DNA of 64,000 nucleotides from an uncultured Fusibacter sp. (GTDB lineage Bacteria; Bacillota; Clostridia; Peptostreptococcales; Acidaminobacteraceae). The stretch is from contig OZ223306.1 in NCBI GenBank assembly GCA_965140735.1, forward strand, positions 1,997,621-2,061,620, read 5' to 3'. Made by a program: the position numbers and the translations under genes. Shown one piece after another: positions 60,245 to 64,000 of this stretch; position 1 is the first letter of the stretch; every line of letters starts with the position of its first letter. Below the pieces are notes generated by a model that ran no database searches, was not told the origin of the DNA, and was given only the letters and a program-made list of their open reading frames with translations.

Positions 60245-61774
60245 TTATGCCTTTAAAATAATAGAAGTTCCAGTCATCTCTTCTGGTTTTTCAAGCCCCA
60301 TCATTTCAAGCATCGTCGGCGCAAGATCACAAAGTTTACCATTATCCGACAATTCGGGATTACCAACACCACCTACAATACATGGGACACGATTTATAGA
60401 ATGTGCTGTCATTGGCTCACCCGTTTCTGTAAGCATTTCTTCAGCATTGCCATGATCGGCAGTGATAATAAAATTACCACCAAGTGATTCAATTTTAGCA
60501 ACAATCTTACCGAGACACTCATCCACTGTTTCCACTGCTTTGATAGCAGCAGGGATAATACCTGTATGTCCAACCATATCTGCATTTGCAAAATTCAAAA
60601 TGATTAAATCATAAAAATCTCTATCAAGCTCACCTAAAAGTTTTTCGGTTACTTCATAAGCAGACATTTCTGGCTTAAGGTCGTATGTTGCTACTTTTGG
60701 TGAAGCCACAAGTGCTCTGTCTTCGCCTTCATTTGGTGCTTCAACACCACCATTGAAGAAGAAAGTTACATGTGCATACTTTTCGGTTTCAGCAATTCTA
60801 AGTTGCTTTTTACCAAGTTTAGCCATATATTGTCCAAGTGTATTATCAATCGTTTGTGGTTTATAAGCCACTGTAACGTTAGGCATAACTTTGTCATATT
60901 GTGTTAAACACACATAAGTCGTTTTAAAATATTCTCTTTCAAAACCATTAAATGCTTCATCTGTAATTGTTCTTGTGATTTCTCTAGCTCTATCTGGTCT
61001 AAAATTGAAAAAGATTACAGAATCATTTTCAGCAACAGTTGCAACGGGTTTACCTTCTTTAACGACCATCGTTGGGATGATGAACTCATCTGTTACACCT
61101 GCTTCATACGAGGCATTCATAAGTGCCACTGCAGATTCCGCACTTGCACCTTTGCCACGAACGAGCACATCATAAGATTTTTCGATACGTTCCCATCTCT
61201 GATCTCTATCCATCGAGTAATATCGGCCTGAAACAGAAGCAATCACACCAAAGTTTAATTCAGCCATATAAGCTTCAAGTGCTTTGATATATTTGATACC
61301 ACTTGTAGGAGAAGTATCTCTACCATCCATAAAACCATGTACATAAATATTATCTAAACCTTGATCTTTTGCAAGTTTTATAATTGCTTTTAAGTGTTCA
61401 ATGTGACTGTGAACACCACCATCTGAAAGTAAGCCCCATGTATGAAGCTTCGTGCCGTTTGCTTTTGCATTTTGCATGGCAAGAAGCAAAGCTTCATTTT
61501 CAAAGAAATCTCCATCTTTGATGGATTTAGTGATTCTAGTAAGTTCTTGATAAACCACACGGCCCGCGCCAATATTGAGATGGCCTACTTCAGAGTTACC
61601 CATTTGTCCCTCTGGTAAACCAACATCTAATCCGCTTGCGGCAATTAATGTGTGAGGGTATTTTTCAAGATAATGATCGTAATGAGGTTTTTTCGCAAGC
61701 GCAACGGCATTTCCAGTTGTTGTTTCGCTTTGTCCCCATCCATCCATTATAATGAGTGCTGTAGGTTTTTTCAT
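60245..61774 (-). CDS. gpmI: 2,3-bisphosphoglycerate-independent phosphoglycerate mutase
   Basis: 509 aa starting MKKPTALIIMDGWG, an iPGM signature. Confidence 0.95.
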   Translation of the reverse strand: MKKPTALIIMDGWGQSETTTGNAVALAKKPHYDHYLEKYPHTLIAASGLDVGLPEGQMGNSEVGHLNIGAGRVVYQELTRITKSIKDGDFFENEALLLAMQNAKANGTKLHTWGLLSDGGVHSHIEHLKAIIKLAKDQGLDNIYVHGFMDGRDTSPTSGIKYIKALEAYMAELNFGVIASVSGRYYSMDRDQRWERIEKSYDVLVRGKGASAESAVALMNASYEAGVTDEFIIPTMVVKEGKPVATVAENDSVIFFNFRPDRAREITRTITDEAFNGFEREYFKTTYVCLTQYDKVMPNVTVAYKPQTIDNTLGQYMAKLGKKQLRIAETEKYAHVTFFFNGGVEAPNEGEDRALVASPKVATYDLKPEMSAYEVTEKLLGELDRDFYDLIILNFANADMVGHTGIIPAAIKAVETVDECLGKIVAKIESLGGNFIITADHGNAEEMLTETGEPMTAHSINRVPCIVGGVGNPELSDNGKLCDLAPTMLEMMGLEKPEEMTGTSIILKA

Positions 61775-61784
61775 AATTTACTCC

Positions 61785-62531
61785 TTAGAAATTTACAAGT
61801 TGAACGAAATCAGCCTCTAAAAGGCTAGCGCCACCAACAAGTGCGCCATCGATATCCGATTCATTCATAATTTCTTCTACGTTAGCAGGTTTAACACTTC
61901 CGCCGTATTGAATTCTAACTTCTTCCGATACAACATCTGTGTATAAGTCTTTAAGGACTTCTCTAATATATGCAATTACATCATTTGCATCTTGGCTACT
62001 AGCTGTTTTACCAGTTCCAATTGCCCAAATTGGCTCATATGCAACAACGATTGTAGGCACATCTTTAGCTTCAATACCTTCAAATGCATTAATAATTTGA
62101 GTTTTACATACATTTTTTGTTTCGCCAGCTTCTCTTTGTTCTAAAGTTTCGCCAACACAAACAACTGGTACAAGTCCTTTTGCAAGTGCTTTTTTCGTTT
62201 TAAGATTTACCGTTTGATCTGTTTCTCCATAATATTGTCTTCTTTCAGAATGTCCGATGATCACATGTGATACACCGATTTCAAGTAACATATCTGCTGT
62301 CACTTCTCCTGTAAAAGCCCCTTTATCTTCAAAGTGCATATTTTGTGCACCAATCTTGATGTTAGTGCCTTTTGCTGCTTCCACCATATTTTGAAGTAAA
62401 GTGTATGGTGCACACAATAATACTTCTACATCTGTATCTGCCACCTGAGATTTAATTGCTTCTACAAAAGCAACGCCTTCTTTAATGGATTTATGCATTT
62501 TCCAGTTTCCTGCGATAATTGGTTTTCTCAT
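61785..62531 (-). CDS. tpiA: Triosephosphate isomerase
   Basis: MRKPIIAGNWKMHK...AYEPIWAIGTG; canonical TIM. Confidence 0.95.
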   Translation of the reverse strand: MRKPIIAGNWKMHKSIKEGVAFVEAIKSQVADTDVEVLLCAPYTLLQNMVEAAKGTNIKIGAQNMHFEDKGAFTGEVTADMLLEIGVSHVIIGHSERRQYYGETDQTVNLKTKKALAKGLVPVVCVGETLEQREAGETKNVCKTQIINAFEGIEAKDVPTIVVAYEPIWAIGTGKTASSQDANDVIAYIREVLKDLYTDVVSEEVRIQYGGSVKPANVEEIMNESDIDGALVGGASLLEADFVQLVNF

Positions 62532-62541
62532 GCTTTGCCTC

Positions 62542-63732
62542 CTATTTTTCGTTTAGTGCATCAATACCAGGTAATACTAGCCCTTCTAAGAATTCAAGTG
62601 ATGCACCACCACCAGTTGAGATGTGTGTCATTTTGTCACCGAATCCTAAAATATTCACAGCAGCAGCACTGTCACCACCACCGATAACAGTTGTTGCATC
62701 TGAATCAGCAAGTGCTTTTGCCACTGCAATCGTCCCTTTGGCAAAATTTTCGAATTCAAATACGCCCATCGGACCATTCCACACTACTGTTTTTGCTTTA
62801 GCTACTGCAGCTGTATATTTTTCAGCTGTTTTGGGTCCAATATCAAGCCCCATGTAATCTGCTGAGATATTTTCATCTGTTGTTACAATTGGTGCAGAAT
62901 CTTTATTAAACTCAGCCGCTACAATGTGATCTATAGGCAATAATAATTCAACGCCTTTAGCTTTTGCACCTTCAAGCATTTGTTTTGCATAGTCTACCTT
63001 GTCTTCTTCGATTAGTGATTTACCAACTTCAAAACCTTGTGCTTTAAGAAAAGTATAAGCCATACCGCCACCGATAACAAGTGTATCTACTTTAGTTAAT
63101 AAGTTTTCAATTACTTTAATTTTATCTGAAACTTTAGCACCACCAAGAATTGCACAGAAAGGTCTTTCTGGGCTATCTACAGCTTCGCCTAAGAATTTAA
63201 GTTCTTTTTGAATTAAGTAGCCACATACTGCAACTTCAACAAAATCAGTAACACCCACTGTTGAAGAATGTGCTCTATGTGCTGTACCGAACGCATCATT
63301 CACATATATATCTGCAAGGGAAGCCAAATCTTTTGAAAAAGCTTCTCCATTTTTTGTCTCTTCTTTTCTAAATCTTGTATTTTCAAGGAGCATTACTTGA
63401 CCTTCATTTAAAGAGGCTGCCGCTGCTCTCGATTTTTCTCCAACTACTGCTTCTTCTGAATTGAATATAACCGTTTGTCCCAACAATTCAGAAAGGCGGT
63501 CTGCTACAGGTTTTAAACTGAATTTTGCTTCAAATTCTTTTGGTTTTCCAAGATGTGAACAAAGGATTACTTTTGCACCATTTTTCACCAAGTATTCAAT
63601 GGTAGGCATAGCCCCTAAAATTCTATTTTCATCTGTGATTTTACCTTCCTGAATCGGAACATTAAAATCACATCTTACTAAGACTTTTTTACCTTTTACA
63701 CTAATATCTTCTATGGTTTTCTTGTTATACAT
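62542..63732 (-). CDS. pgk: Phosphoglycerate kinase
   Basis: [26 protein letters not shown]...; canonical PGK. Start placed at the internal Met, which has a GGAGG RBS. Confidence 0.95.
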   Translation of the reverse strand: MYNKKTIEDISVKGKKVLVRCDFNVPIQEGKITDENRILGAMPTIEYLVKNGAKVILCSHLGKPKEFEAKFSLKPVADRLSELLGQTVIFNSEEAVVGEKSRAAAASLNEGQVMLLENTRFRKEETKNGEAFSKDLASLADIYVNDAFGTAHRAHSSTVGVTDFVEVAVCGYLIQKELKFLGEAVDSPERPFCAILGGAKVSDKIKVIENLLTKVDTLVIGGGMAYTFLKAQGFEVGKSLIEEDKVDYAKQMLEGAKAKGVELLLPIDHIVAAEFNKDSAPIVTTDENISADYMGLDIGPKTAEKYTAAVAKAKTVVWNGPMGVFEFENFAKGTIAVAKALADSDATTVIGGGDSAAAVNILGFGDKMTHISTGGGASLEFLEGLVLPGIDALNEK

Positions 63733-63817
63733 AACCTTGCGCCTCCAAGTTATATTTATCAATATATATAGTAAGCCCTGAAATCAAATTTCAGGGCTAT
63801 TGTTTGTTAGAACCGAA

Positions 63818-64000
<183 letters not shown>

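Overview
Low-GC Firmicutes (Bacillota) chromosomal segment. The right end is core metabolism on the minus strand: gap(partial)-pgk-tpiA-gpmI-eno, then secG, then a membrane pyrophosphatase, a GGDEF protein, a glycyl-radical-enzyme locus (XRE/cupin regulator, GRE, activase) and rnr. About 21 kb of mixed accessory genes follow: a patB/M20 peptidase/GltS-like operon, MarR, a membrane-anchored LuxR regulator, a large lipoprotein with a divergent Lgt paralog, yuaF-floT (NfeD/flotillin), a LuxR-DUF2087/GNAT cluster, a DMT transporter and a LUD-domain protein. Then come smpB and ssrA (tmRNA, minus strand, tag peptide ANENFALAA). Directly next to the tmRNA terminator is a ~12 kb integrative island (13940..25979). 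It is bounded by an imperfect ~110 bp direct repeat that even contains a remnant of an integrase 3' end. The island carries a tyrosine integrase, an ImmA/IrrE-type metalloprotease and divergent cI/cro-like XRE genes with repeated TTTGTGAC operator motifs. It also has a striking tandem array of four mosaic ImmR/SinR-like HTH paralogs: variable HTH domains on a near-identical C-terminal tail, plus a 3' gene remnant and flanking ~185 bp direct repeats. Other cargo are an unknown 350-aa protein, a Flg_new/NPCBM-like surface protein and a two-gene module pairing a ParB/Srx-fold (GxRRxxA) protein with a cobalamin-dependent (class B) radical SAM enzyme. That pair is the best candidate for an undescribed nucleic-acid modification or defence system. 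The left part of the window holds a BglG/LicT antiterminator with RAT-terminator elements and a partial PTS EIIBC, two GGDEF cyclases, a CoA-disulfide-reductase/rhodanese fusion and large secreted proteins. No CRISPR array or rRNA/tRNA gene was seen.
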